Assembly: GCF_009914755.1 (NCBI RefSeq)
Contig: NC_060926.1
Origin: the human T2T-CHM13v2.0 reference genome, Homo sapiens
Direction: 5' to 3' (one strand)
DNA: 64,000 nucleotides
Below, in pieces: positions 1-15,910 of this stretch (position 1 is the stretch's first letter; each line of letters begins with the position of its first letter). The notes beneath the pieces were generated by a model. It saw nothing but the letters and a program-made list of their open reading frames with translations, did no database searches and was not told where the DNA came from. The position numbers were made by a program, and so were the translations under genes.

Positions 1-1489
1 ATTACACTCAGTGACAAAGGACTGAAGTGCATTTTCTTGAAGGCTTGACAATTGGGATCCAGGAAGAAAAAAGAGGCATGACAGAGAACCCAGAGCTTTT
101 GTCGAAGGTAAAACACGGATATGAAAAGAGGGGGGTGTGGTTGGGTGGCTTTCAGTGAATTTGTCTTCATGTTGCTTGGTGTTAAAAACTGCTTCCCCCC
201 ACCCTCCACCCAAGCTACAAACATCTCACAGATCCCAGAAATTGCAAGATTGTTGATTTTTAAAAGGAACACTGTTCATTTTGGCACAGGCTGAATCAGA
301 CAAGCTGGGGCACAGCCTCCTCCCGCAGGGCCCCCAGGTTCTCTTTCCAGCCTCCCATGCCAGGGAAGCCTCCTCTGAGAGGTCACTTACCAAGATCCAG
401 TGCCCTCCATACTGCTCACTTCAGTCTGTCCAGCCAGCTTCTCCTTAGGGGTACAGTTGGGACAGGAATGGGGTGGGCTTCTCCCTGCCATTCAAAGTTC
501 TGTCCTGCACTTGAACTCCGAGGGTTGCTAGATGGAGAAGAATGGACTCTGGGGGCAGGTTTGGCCTGGAAGCAGAGCACACAGGGGCCCTGGACTGTTT
601 ATCTCAGAGGTTCGCATTCTTTGGGAGCAGAAGGGAAGCCAACAACCTAAGTGACCAGCCTCAGGTGCAGAAGGCTAAGAGGAAAAATATCCCCTTATCT
701 AGAGCTTGGAGACGATACCTGAAGCAAGTCCACCCTGCCTGCTGTTCCCAGCTGGCTTTTGTTCATAAGCCCACCACAGGCAGACCAGCCAACTAACCAG
801 GAGCCTCGCCCAGAGACCTCAGAGAGCAGAGTCAACCTGAGAATCTAGTTGGCAGAGCTCTCCATTCCCAAGTCCAAAATGCTACCAAATCACTTCCTCT
901 CGCCTGAGGCTGAGACTCCTGCCCACCGCCTCTCAGGAGATGGAGAGGCAGAGCAGAGAGGCTGGGTGGTGGCCTGCCTGAATATCTACCTTTCTTCTCA
1001 TGCCTACAGCCCAGCTCCAAGCTCACAGGGGCCCTGCTGCTGGAGCTTTAGCTAGTTTCTTCTCCAGACACTGGTGTGGCGGCTGGAGCATAAGAGAACA
1101 ATTTCCGGCGAGACTCCCACTCCCCATCTCCACTGTTCTGACAGCCAAGGTTATTCTGGCACATGCCTGTGAAGATTTCACCTGGTCCCCCACTGCCTGG
1201 GCCTGACCACTCTGCCCAAGAAGTTCTTGGAAGAACTGTTGCCTTTCTAGTACATTGTGTCCATCAGCATCCCCACCAAAGCTCTATGCTTTCTGTCAAA
1301 CCCAGCTTCAATACAAGCTCCTTGGTGCCACACCCCCAGCAACCAGATGGCAGCTCTGATATCCTTTCTGTATGGAAAATCCGGAGCACCTCTGAGTCTC
1401 TCTTCTAATTTTCCCTCCATTGGTTTCATTCTTTCCTCACTATCCTGCTATTCCAAATGTATTAATTCTTCATGCTTCCAAACAGGCAG

Positions 1490-2450
1490 AGTGGCTTAGT
1501 AGCTAAGAACAAGGGTTCTGGAGTCAGTTAGAAGTAGGCTTAAAATCTGCTCTGCCACTTACTGGCTTGAGCAATATACTTTACCTATCTAGGCCTCAGG
1601 TGCTTCTCCAGTGTGGAGAATGGGTTAGAACAGAGTGGGAGTTGAGGCAGGGAGACCAGTTAGGAGACTATGGTGATAACTCAGGTAATAACAGTAAAAG
1701 TGATAATAATAACAAAGTAATAAAAACTAACACTTATTTAGCACCTTCCTACCTGCCAGGCAGTTTAAAAAGCACTTCACTTATTTCAGCTGGCCCTCAC
1801 AGCAACCCCAGGAGGTGGACAGGTAGATACTATTATCCTTGCTTTACAGAGGAAGACTCTGAGATACTAAGTGGTTCAGTAGCTTGCCCAAGTTCATCCA
1901 TCTGTACTTTTGAGGTTAAATTTAATCTCCTCTAAAATTCAAATCCAGGGAATGTGGATTAGAATCTGAGCTGTTAGCTGGCATACTAAAGACTAAATGA
2001 AGCTAGTAGCAGTGATGATGAAGAGAAGTGTACAGATTTTAGAAATATTCAGAGTTAGAATTAAAAAGTGGACAGATTTGGCAACTGATTAGGGGTGGGG
2101 GCAGGTGGTAGGGAGCGAGGCCAGGATTCCAGGCTGGGGAACTGGGTGTGTGGTGATGATATGTACTGAGGTGGGGAACTCGGGAGAAAGAGAAGACTTG
2201 GGGAACAAGATGTTGAGTTTGGTTTGGGACAGAGTAGGCTCCAGGTGGTGAAGGGATATGCCAATGGAACTGTCTGCTAGCTGTTGGACATAGAGGTCTG
2301 GAGTGCAGAAGACAGATCTGGACAGGACAGAGACTTGGACATCATCTGCATTCACATGCTAATGGGGGACACAGGAGTAGAGAAGCCTACACCGAGAGGA
2401 GAGAGCCCCAGAAACACCAGCATTGAAGATACAAAGAGAGGAAAGGAGTC
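1490..2450. mobile_element. MIR and L2 fragments
   Basis: MIR-like text (ctggagtcag...ctctgccacttactggc; ttacagaggaagactctgag) interleaved with L2-like text (gaggcagggagaccagttaggagac; gatgttgagtttggtttggga). Confidence 0.6.
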
Positions 2451-2541
2451 TGGGAAACAGCAACCTCTTTCCTTTGCCCACACATCCCGTTTAGCCTCAC
2501 TTGAAAGTGATTATTTCTTTTGTTTGTTTCCCCTTAGTACT

Positions 2542-2836
<295 letters not shown>

Positions 2837-3884
2837 TTTTTCCCCTTAATACTTAGAATCTCAGGGTTATCAAGGAACTCGGAAGCTGGCAATTTCAGCC
2901 TCCACCTGAAATTTGCATTTAGAGGCTAGTGAGGACAGAAGGGCAGGTGATAGGTGAGGGAGAGGGAGGAGGATGGAGGTGCTTGGGCAAGGTCTTCACA
3001 TGATAATGCTAGTTATTAAAGCACCAGCTCAGACAGCCCTGGGCTAGGTATAGCCTCTGATAGGGATGAGGCATTGCTCTGAGCAACTGTGGGGAAGCTC
3101 CCTGGCAAGACCACCAAATGGAGACCAAAGGAGCGGAGGAAAGCTGGCAAAGCTTCCTCTGCTGGGTGGATGCACACATTTTTGCTCTCACAGATGCTCC
3201 TGCCCCTGCTCCCAGAAATCCACATGATCTCTGCCCAGGACACATGCCCAGCCCCTCCCCATTCTCCATGAGTTGGTTCAGGGGCTGAGCTTCATGGCTC
3301 TGAGACTCTTGCCTGGCAGGAGGAGGGCCATCCACCACTCTCAGGACCTTCCTACCCAGAGAAGCTTGGCTGCTTTGTGAGGGACCCCACACTAGAGCAC
3401 ATGTGGAGAGGAAAAAGGAAGTCATGCTAGAATGGATGTGGGCGTGGTGTGGGGCAGCCTTCTCAGAAGTCCACACCAATAGGAAAAGACCCTGCATGGC
3501 CTTCTGTCTGGCCCCCAGATGTGGGATGTGGGCTTCCCCCTCTGCTTAGCCTCTGAGCTCTCCCCACCAGGACCCAGTTCCCGTGGGCCCATGGTCAGTC
3601 TGGGGGAGGCAAGCTTGACTATTATGGTGGAAGGGCAGCCCCAGGCTTAGAGCACTCATCCACTGATCCCTGCGGTCCTGTTACAAGGCTTTCTCCCACC
3701 CTTCCTGTCCCTGTTTCTGCGTCTGCCTGATCGCTCTCCACCCCCACTCCAGGGCAGCCGCAGCACTGGTTATAGAGCAACTGTGGAGACGGGGGACATT
3801 TGGGCCAGAGGCTCCTCCCAGCCCACCACATAACTAAGCAACTCAACTCAGGCCAAGGACCAGAGGAGTGAGCAGAGCTCATTC

Positions 3885-4090
3885 AACAGTGGAATGTGGA
3901 GTTGAATGGACCTAGTTCTGTCACTTACCAGTTGTACAGTCTTGGCCAAGTCACTTCACCTCTCTGAGGCACAATTTTCTTATAAAACTGGAGAGAATAA
4001 GTCTTGCCTTACTGGACAAGTGATAGTTGTGAGGGTCATGCACAAAGATAATGCATGCCAAGCACTTGGCAGGGTGTCAGGCACACAGCC
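3885..4090 (+). mobile_element. MIR
   Basis: tcacttaccagttgt...ttggccaagtcacttcacctctctgagg...gttgtgagg MIR core. Confidence 0.7.
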
Positions 4091-5959
4091 AGTACAGATT
4101 CATGGCAAAGCCAAGGAAGCTGAAGCTTTAGGGACCCTCATATGTACAGGCTCCTTTCAAAGCCCTAGAATAATAATTTTATGTTATTTTCTTAAGGAAG
4201 TTTCCTCAAATCATACAAGCCTCAGGCTCCACAAATCCAGGGACCTGAAAGGTAGTTGTTGCCCCTCTTGTCCCACCCCATTCTCAATCCACTCAATGTG
4301 TTCCCCATCCACTGAGGGAGAGTCGCTCAGTTTGGCCAGGGAGAGTTAAAACGAGCCCAGAGCAAGGCCTCGGCCCAGATGGAAAGCTGGGGTGAAGTCA
4401 CCCTTCCATGTGAAGGTTGTCCTAGGCCTGGCCTCATTACTAAACTGAGCTTGGTGCCTACTCCTCCCCACACTCTTTGCAGCAGTCAAACCAACCCAGA
4501 AACCCATTGAAGACATGCTCTGGAACTCTCCAAAGTTGTGGCCCACTCCGAGCACTGTGTCCCGATCCTGGCAGAGGCTTTGCTCCGAAAATTATGACCT
4601 CCTAGAGGAGCCAGTTCTAGGGCTGTGCTAGGCAACACGGAGGCTCAAGAATGGGCCTTAAGGAAAACAAAGGCAACTTGGCTGCTTTCTCGATTAGCAC
4701 CCGTTCCCTAAGGAGGCTTGGAGGGAGTGGAGACACAGGGCTCCCTCCTCAGTGTCTGAGAGATGGATGGGGCTGATTTTTTCCACGATCCCTCCCCATA
4801 AATCTGATTTGGCCCCTCATCTGTCTAGGCCAGTCTCCATGGAGGTGTGCGGTAGTGATGAATGGGCTGCCTGACTAATGTGACTGTGGTGGCAGGGACT
4901 GGGGAGGGGCTGTGCCCTGATGGATGGTCCTCATGAGGGCATATTGCATTAGACACCCATAATGCAATCAGCAGGGCCATTACGATACCAATTTGTTGCT
5001 CCTCCTTACCAAGGTGGGGCAGTGGATCTGGAAGATTAAGGAGGATGTCAGGACTTTGGAGACACTTGGGGGGATTTTGAGAGGGGGCAAGATTTCCCTG
5101 TTGGGGGCTATTACTAGGGGAATAATATGGAGCCAACGAAAGTGTAAGCTGAAAAGGGAAAACAAGGGAAGTGAGGCCCAGAGAGGTGTGACCTGTCTAA
5201 GGTCACTTCTGGAACCAGAAGGAAGAAGTGGAATTAGAACTTGAGTCTTCTGCTTTCTGTGCCAGCGTAGCCAGGGATGGAGGAGGGAATGGGCTAGGAG
5301 GGGAGAGACAACCTCACTCTGGCCTCGCTGCTGCTGGAGGCCTTCCCACCCCTCAAGAGGTTTACTGAGATGGGTGACACCAATGACTGCTTCTCTTCCA
5401 AAAGAAGGTAGTACACTGTGGGTCCCTGTGGAGGGCACCCCACCGAGGGCACCATTCCAGACTACCCACCGCTGTGCTGCCCCTCCTACCTACACTCGTT
5501 CTGATCTCTGTATTTTTCTCCTGTAATTTTAAAGTAGGTGTCTAAACATTACACTGTCCAAGTCTTTCCTTATCCTTTTTAAAACAAAATGTTCTTTCCT
5601 GCTTAAAAGCTGTTAGCAGCTGCCTGTTGCCTTTCAGGATTGGGGGCCATCACCCGGGCCGCACTCTGACTGCAGCCTCTGTCCCAGCCTCAGCTCTGGG
5701 CTCCCTTGGCCTCACCCAGCTTCTTCTGTGAAGAAAGCATACCATGCAGCTTATACTCATAGGGCCTTCATTTAGACCGGATGGGTAGGAAGGTGATCAT
5801 CATACTACTCAGTTTAACATTTCAGCCAGTGCAGGCTTTACTCTAGTTTCCTTTTCCTCTTCAATTGCCAGCCCCACTCTTGATCCTCAGCTTCTGCCCC
5901 TAGATACACACTCCATTGTGTTGATGTATGGCCCTGGTGGTGGATATGTATCCTTAAAA

Positions 5960-6380
5960 ACAGTGCTGTCTTATGTATGGATGCCTTTTTAACTTTCATC
6001 AATGATCTTGCACTATACAGCTCTCTTGTTTGGATCTTTAAAGACATTTAACACTGTTTTGAGATTTTTTCATGTTGCCTCATGTACTTCTAGTTTATTA
6101 CTTCTGACTGCTGCAAAATATTCTCAAATATGAGTGACAGACACCTAGATTGCCTCCAACTGCTCATTTCTACAGTGGCAGTGAATTCATTTTCTCCACG
6201 TGTTTAACCAGGAGGGAACTTACCAGGTCCTTGGGGACGTGTGTACAAGTTCTGCCGGGTGACTCTCCAGAGGGCTGCTCTAGTCCAACACTTCAGCAGC
6301 TCACAAAGGTGCCGCCTCCCTCATCCTCAACTTGCATGATTCCACTGTCTGATTTGTCAGTCTGACAGGTGTAAAGTGCC
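5960..6380 (-). mobile_element. Old L1 (L1ME-like) fragment
   Basis: Degenerate L1 3' text (tttgagatttttcatgttg...ttacttctgactgctg). Confidence 0.45.
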
Positions 6381-6789
6381 CTAAGCCTTTACACATAGCA
6401 GTTACCGCTGCTCTGAACATCTTTCCTTTTAATATCATTCTGCTTTAAACATCCTCCTTTCACTGCCTGGTAAACTCCTACTTATCTTTCAAAATCCAAA
6501 TCTAGTATCATATTCTTTGTGAAGTTTTCCAGTTTGCCATTCCTTCCTTGGTGCTACAGAACATCCTGTGCAGACCATCCTAGTAATTATATCACTGTAA
6601 GCCTTTCCTTCTTTCTCATTTATACAACCGCCACCGCCCCCCCCACCACCCCGCCCCCGTCAACCTTGTCAATTAAGGCAGAAATGGTTCCTGCCTCAGG
6701 AAACCATGGGGTAGGGGGAGAGAGGAGGTGAGGAAGGAGTGAGGTAGATTGTATAGGTAGGAGCTGGGAAGTCAAGCAGTTAATTATAT

Positions 6790-7350
6790 AAGCCTTTCTC
6801 TTGATGGATTCAAAGGACTTTAAATACTGAAATTGTGCATTCTTCTTCATGGTTCCAGTGTCTATGCTGTCAATAAGTGTTTCTCTGAATAAATTATCTC
6901 TTAGGTACTTCAGGATCTCACTCAATTCTATCTCAAACAGCTTTATCTTAGCTATTTCTAAATGTTTCTCCCCTTCTGTCTATAACCAAGCCAATATCTC
7001 TCTTAGCCTAGAAAGACTTTCTCTTAATGCCAATGAACTCCAGGCTGACATTTCACAAAGGATGGGATGCAAAGGAAAGAGCATGGTAATTAGAATTAAA
7101 AGACTCTGGGGAGTTCATGTACCCTTTCTTACACAATGGAGCTAGGTTTGTTGTTTTACACAACCATGCGACAGCACTGTGCATCCATTCTCTTTCCTTC
7201 ACCAAGCTTCCAAAAAATATCTTCACACATGTCCAAAATTGAATTCCCCATCTTCCTTCAAACCAATCCTCCTCTGGAATATTTTGCTTTAGCAACTCTA
7301 TCATTTTCCCACCTCCCTGGCTACTTAGTGAACTAGAAGTGCATTAATTC
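6790..7350 (-). mobile_element. Possible ancient L1/HAL1 ORF1-region relic
   Basis: A/G-rich on the minus strand, with K/E/L-rich short ORF remnants. Recognition is tentative. Confidence 0.3.
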
Positions 7351-7639
7351 ATTAATTCACCTTTCCAGTTGATACTTAAATATGCTCCTCATCTCCATCC
7401 TCATTTGCACTGTTCTCAGAGTAGAAGAATCTTCAGATTGGGTATGAGTTTGTTTAGAGACAATGTGTACAATTTAAGTCGTCTGGTAACCTGTTTTGGT
7501 AGGTTACATCCCACCCTAACTGCTTCTCCATCTACAGACTCGTCTGACATGTTATAGGAATTGCAAATCATCAATGACCAGCACTCTAGCTATCTTCCCC
7601 TGCTCCAGATGAAGTTAGTTTTACAAGTTTTGTCAAGAA

Positions 7640-9599
<1,960 letters not shown>

Positions 9600-9600
<1 letters not shown>

Positions 9601-10285
9601 AGTGGGAAGTATGGGTTAATAATTATGAAACTGTATGCAAGGGTTGAATAACTAAGTAAATGGCTAGTATATGGCAGGAGACAGGATCTCACTCTTGGAG
9701 AGAGATAAGCAATAAGGAAAGACTAGAATGATCCCTGGGGTACTGGATTACATTTGGAGACATCAGTATGAATTCAAGTTTTATATATATATATATAGAG
9801 AGAGAGACAGAGAGAGAGAGAGAGAAAGAGAGAGAGAGTATGCCTCATAACACAAACACACACAGAGATGTACAGATACAGAAACAACTAGAAATATTGT
9901 ATATACATGCATTATCTTACATAATACAGTATCTAGCTGTCTGCTGAGAGCATAAAAGCAATGACACCCCAGGAGCAATGAGCATACCCAGCACCCAGAT
10001 CTTGATTTTAAAATACCCCTCTTCAATAAAAGGAACCAGTGCTCCATGAAGAACTGGTTAATGCTAGGGCTAGGACAGGGAAAGTACAAGATAATCTTGC
10101 AGCATCTTGAGTATCATAGAGCAAGGAAATCATCAAAAAACAAAAGGATAAGGGTATGTCAAAGGCACACAAGAGCCAGTCTGAAAGAGTTCCCAGTGAC
10201 CAAACCTGGAATAATTTAAGTAACAAAATAGGTAAGTAACATGGAATTGGATTATAACCCAAAGGATAGAATAAATACGTAAGGC
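9600..10285 (+). mobile_element. L1MC/MD-type 3' region, left part; includes (TA)n(GA)n at 9782-9838
   Basis: agcaatgagcatacccagcacccagatcttg...aaaggaaccag...aaagtacaagat, typical of L1MC/MD 3' ends. Confidence 0.6.
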
Positions 10286-10289
10286 AAAG

Positions 10290-11670
10290 GATAGCTACAT
10301 AGATCAATGGGAGAGAACTGAGATTCCAGATATAAAGCCATACATCTACAATTAATTGATTCTTAGCATGGATGCCAAGACCATTCAGTGGGAAAGAATA
10401 GTCTTTTCAACAATAGTGTTTGGAAAACTAATATAATTTGAATTGTTCATATACAAAAATCAGTTCAAAGTGGATCAAAGACCTAACTGTAAGAGCTAAA
10501 ACCATAAAACTCTTAGAAGGAAACAAAGGCATAAATCTTCTTGACTTTGGATTAAGCAGTTCTTTCTTAGATTCTTAGATATTATACCAAAAGCACAAGC
10601 AACAACAAGAAAAAAATGGATAAATTTGGACCTCATCAAAATTTAAAACCTTTTGCATCAAGGATACTGTCAAAAAGTGAAAAGACCCATAGAATAGGTT
10701 AAAATAGTTGCAAATCATATATCTGATAAGGATCTAAAATCCAGACTATCTGAAGAACTCTTACAAGTCAACAATTAAAAAACAAATTGCCCAATTTAAA
10801 AAGAATTTGAATACGATATAAAAATGGTCATCATCATGACCATTTTTATATCACATATATTGTATATATTGACCATTTGTATATCAAATGGTCATGGAAA
10901 AATTCTCAACATCATTAGTCATTAGGGAAACTCAAGTCAAAACTACAGTGAGGTGCCTCTTCACACCCACTAGGATGACTATTACTTAAAAACATAAACA
11001 AAAAAATGGAAAATAGGAAGTGTTAGCAAGAATGTGGAGAAATTGGAACCCTCATATATTGCTGATGGGAATAGAAAATGAAGCAACTGCCTTAGAAAAC
11101 ATTTTGGCAGTTTCTCAACAAGTTAAACATAGTTACCGTATGACACAGCAATTTCACTCCCAGGTATATACCCAAGAGAATTGAAAACACATGTTCAAAC
11201 AAAAACTTGTATACCGATGTTCATAGTGGCATTATCAGTAATGGCCAAAAAGTGGAAACAACCCACGGGCTCATCAATGGATGAATGGATAAACAAAACA
11301 TATACAACGAAATATTATTCAGCCATAACAGATATGAAGTACTGAGTATGCTACAACATAGATGAACCTTGAAAACGTTATGCTAAGTGACAGAAGCCAG
11401 GCACAAAAGGTTGGATATTATATGATTCCACTTATATGAGATGTCCAGAATAGGCAAATTCATAGAGAGAGAAAATAGATTAGGGAGAGGGGAAGAGGGG
11501 AATTGGGAGTGATTACTAATAGGTATAGAATTTCCTTTTGGGAGGATGGACATCTTCTGAAGTTAGACGACGTTGGTTGCATAACATTGTGAATATACTG
11601 TAAACCACTGAACTGTATGCTTTGAAATGGTGAGTTTTATGTTGTGAGTTACGTCTCAATAAATACAAAA
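10290..11670 (+). mobile_element. L1MB-type ORF2 end plus 3'UTR
   Basis: gccaagaccattcagtggga...atgaaccttgaaaacgttatgctaagtga...tgtgagttacgtctcaataaa. Confidence 0.85.
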
Positions 11671-11699
11671 AGAAAGCCCAAAATAAGTGCCAAAAATCC

Positions 11700-12470
11700 A
11701 TATAAGTTCATACTAATATAAATAAGTGACTTAAATTATTGGTCAAATAAATAAACAGTATTGAAGAGACAATTCTTTCTTACAGAAGAATTCCAAATAA
11801 TTTATTGAGAGAGTCTTTGTGGGAGGTAAAGCTTAACCCTCCTGCCCTTCCCTGCCCCTTCAGTATAGGCTGCAGTTAGTGATTTGCTTCTAATAAATAG
11901 AATCTGGAAAGGGAAAAGTAGTAATTTTATAGTGGAGAAACCTGGCAAATGCTGCCTTAACTAGTGATGAAGGTTAACATTACCAGTGATGTCATGTGAA
12001 TGTCATGTATACACTGATATATGATAAGGAAGTCACTTTGCCTTTGGTGTATTCTTTCAAAAAATCCATAGGCCCAATCTAATCAAGAGAAAAACTTCAA
12101 CACAAAGTGAGGGACATTCTACAAAATACCTATCACTCCTAAAAACTGTTAAGGTCATGGGAAAGAAAGAAAGACTGAGAAACTGTCACAGACCAGAAGA
12201 CACTAAGGAGATATGACAGCTAAATGCAATATAGTATCCTACACTGAATCCTGGAACACAAAAAAAACATTACTGGAAAAGCTGGTGAAATCTGAATGAA
12301 GTCCTAGTTAATACTATGTGCCAATGTGGTATAAAAAGTTTTCACAAGTGTACATTGTAATGTAAGACGTTAAAATAGGGCTTACTGAGTGAGTAATATC
12401 TGGAAACTCTCTACCACTTTGCAACTTATCTCTAAACCTAAAATTAGTCCAAAATAAAAAGTTTATTTAA
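11700..12470 (+). mobile_element. L1MC/MD-type 3' end, right part
   Basis: acagaagaattccaaataa...agactgagaaactgtcacagacc...ctaaaattagtccaaaataaaaagttt. Confidence 0.7.
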
Positions 12471-12819
12471 AAGGAAGTGGAAGACTAGGAGAAAATATTT
12501 GCTCATATGTACTGAACAAGTATGTAATTATCATCAAGAGGATCAATGGGTCAAGGATCTTGTGACAGACCCCATCTCTTGACAACATTCATTTCCCCCT
12601 CATCTCCCTGCAGAAAGCATTCAGACTGGCTCAAATAGTGGTGAAGATACCTTGATATCATGCCCCTATTCTATCCATTTATCTTTCCATTCATGCATAC
12701 AGTCAGTTCATTCAACAAAATTTCTTAAGCATATTTTATGTGGCAGAAACTCTTCTAGATACTGCGGATAAAGCTATGAATAAAACATCCTGCTTACAGC
12801 TGCAGGAACTTACAGGGTA

Positions 12820-13345
12820 TGAACCATGACTGGTATTAACCAGACGTGATGATCTTACTCCTTCTGGTCATGACTGGTTTGGGGGTGCCCATGTGATCCA
12901 GTTCTGGCCAAAAAGATGTAAGAGGAAGTAATATGAAGAGATAATTTTAAATAATAATTTACATTCTGGAGGCTGAGGTGGGAGGATCACTTGAGCCCAG
13001 GAGTTTGAGGCTGCAGAGAGTTATGATTATGACACTGCACTTCAGCCTGGGTGACAGAGCAAGACTCCAGCTCTAAAAATAAATATAAATAAATAATTTT
13101 GAGAATACTTACATAATTTTAGGGTAAAAAGTAAATCTGTAAGCCTAAGTAAAGATGGAAATCATAGGCTTTTAAGAAAGGGATTCAGCCTGCGTGGCTC
13201 TTTATCTCTTTGCTTTTCTTCCTTCTTCCTGCCTGGAAAGTGAATGTGATGTCTGGAGGTGAAGCAGCTTTTCTGTGCCTATTAAAGGATAAACATACTA
13301 AGGATGACAGAACAGAAAGACAGAGAGTGTCTAGGTCTCTGCTGC
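12820..13345. mobile_element. MLT1 (ERVL-MaLR) LTR interrupted by an Alu monomer at ~12968-13095
   Basis: catgtgatccagttctggcca...gatgtaagaggaagt and cttcctgcctggaa...gatgtctggaggtgaagcagc; FLAM/AluJ-like piece with A-rich tail. Confidence 0.65.
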
Positions 13346-14406
13346 TCCAGTCCTGTATTGTTTATGCTTAAACCTCCAGAATTCCTCAAACTTCAAAAAA
13401 CAAAAACAAAACAAAACAATTCCAAAAGCCCCCAAACCAGAAAAAGCCCTACCCATTTCTTCACTGCACTCATATGACATTTTGAATGAGTAGCTGAACA
13501 CACTTCTAATTGATGAAGTTATCAACAGGCAATTTATTGATAATAACTAAAAATGGCTGAGATGTGGAAAGATGATTCAGCCCAACAGAAACTGGCAATT
13601 GAAAATTAATATGCCATTTTTCCTCACTCCAGTTTCCTCACGACAGTCTTATTGAGGGTGTGGGGAAGTGGACCCTCTCCCATGTTGTTGGTAAGGGTAT
13701 AAACTGGTACAGCCTTTTTTTTTTTTTTTTTTAAAGACAACTGACATTACTGATCTACAGAATGTTTGTATATATGCAAAAAGATATCAAAGATGTTTGC
13801 TTCAGTAGTTCTTGTAATGATTAGCAAGTGAAAGAAAGTTAAATAATGAGGAAATGGCTAAACAAATTAAGATACAGTCATACTGAGGAATACTATGCAG
13901 CCACTAAAAAGACCGAGAACGTTATGTGGAATACAAATCTATTTGTGAAAACATTTCAACATTTTGCTATATTCATTTAATTTTTAAAAAAGAAACTAGA
14001 CTTTATAAAGTTAAAAAGCCTACTTTGTACCCCCATGTCCCTCATTTTTTTCTCCCTCTGCAGGGATAACTACTATACCAAATTTGGTGTTTATCATCTT
14101 CATGCACGTTTTAAAGTTTAAATTGTATTGTATTGTTATCTATAATTTAACTTACTTTTTTAAAAAAGTCAATAACTTTAAAAAATGTTTATTCATGTTG
14201 ACCCATGTAGGTATAGTTCATTTTAACTGCTGTGTAGTATTCTATTAGATTAATAGAATATCTATTTTCCCACTGATGAACATTTAGGTTATTTCTAATT
14301 ATTCATCATTATAAACAGTGCTGTAATAAACATTCTTGTACATGTCTCCTTGTGCACATGTGGATAGATTTCTCTAGGATATGCACATGTTTAATTCTAC
14401 TAGATA

Positions 14407-14704
14407 CAGGTCCACAATATGTTGTTCAAAACCTCTGGGGCCAGTTATGTTTCAGGATAAGACTTATTGAATTTTAGGAAGGCAATATGGCATATGTGCC
14501 ATATATAACACCCTCAGCAGGGTTTGGGAAATAGACATAATCAAATATATTACTTTTTCTGTGTTGAAAAGTATAAATATCCACATTAAGTGGGATAAAT
14601 ACAGATGATAAATAACTTCCCATTAGGTCAGATTTTGCACCAAATCAGTAAAGAAAGAATGAGCTTTTTCAATTTCTGAATTGCCAGTAAGGGATTTGGA
14701 TCTG
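14407..14704. mobile_element. TcMar-Tigger MITE (MER46-like) inserted in an old L1
   Basis: TA|CAGGTCCA...TGGATCTG|TA: imperfect terminal inverted repeats with TA target duplication. Confidence 0.65.
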
Positions 14705-15600
14705 TAACACCAAGCTTCTCTGTAAAGTAGGTGTATTCATTTATCTTCCCACCTTTATGAGATCTTGTTTCTACATATCCTCATCAATAATTGGTAATAT
14801 CAGACTTTAAGATTTTTGCCAATCTGATAGATGAGTACATACTACTTTCGTAATTAAAACAAAAAAGAACACATAGAACACGAATGAAGAGATCTCATTT
14901 TTAACAGTACTGAAAACATAAAACATTCATGATTGTACTAAGTAAGACATGTGAAGAATCCAAATGCAGAAAATGTTAAACTGTTTGAGGAATGTGAATA
15001 TGACGAGTAAATGGACAGGGCCTTTGTGTTACAAATATGTCCTTAACCTATAAATTATTTTATAAATTCAATGCAACTCCAATGAAATCACAATAGAACA
15101 CTGGAAATGAAAAAAATTATAAAATTAACCTGGAAGAATAAATATCTGGGAACATTCTGAAAGAGGAAAGTATGGTGTATTTCCTCTAATAGGAATGGGC
15201 TATTAGATATTAAAACAGACTACAAAGATATGGTAATTAAAACAATTTGGTAATGGCTCAGAAACAGAATGATCATGACACCATAAAGAAAATCCAGAAA
15301 TAGACCAAAGATAAATATGAATTAAATATATGATAAAGATGACATTTTAAAATTAATCAATGATGTTGCAGACAACTAGTTAGCCATTTGGAAAAAAGAA
15401 AAGGCTGGATCCCTATCATGCTCCTCACATCAAAGGAAATTTCAAATTGATAAATGATTAATATATTAAAAATGAAATATCAGAAGAATACATGGTACAA
15501 TATTTTTATAATTTTGAAGTGGGGAAATCTAAGTATCACATGAAATCTAAACATCATAAAGGAAAAGCCTTGTAATTTGACATTTCAAGAATGAAAAACC

Positions 15601-15910
15601 GGCCAGGTGTGATGGGTCACGCTTGTAATCCCCAGCACATTGGGAGGCTGAGGTGGGAGGATCGCTTGAGTCTAGGAGTTTGAGACCAGCCTGGGCAACA
15701 AAGTGAGACCCCTATCTCTACAAAAAATAAAAAAAATTAGGTGGGCATGGTGGTACATGCCTGTAGCATCAGCTACTCAGAAGGCTGAGGTGGGAGGATT
15801 TGCTTGAGCCAGGGAGGTCAAGGCTGCAGTAAGCCTTGATCATGCCACCACACTCTAGTCTGGGTGACAGAGTGAGACCTTGTCTCAAAAAAAAAAAAAA
15901 AAAAAAAAAG
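15601..15910 (+). mobile_element. AluJ element
   Basis: ggaggatcgcttgag...ggtcaaggctgcagt; long poly-A tail. Confidence 0.93.

Noticed and set aside
6628-6660. C-rich tract with G-quadruplex potential on the minus strand
   Set aside because: Isolated low-complexity run with no CpG island or promoter context.
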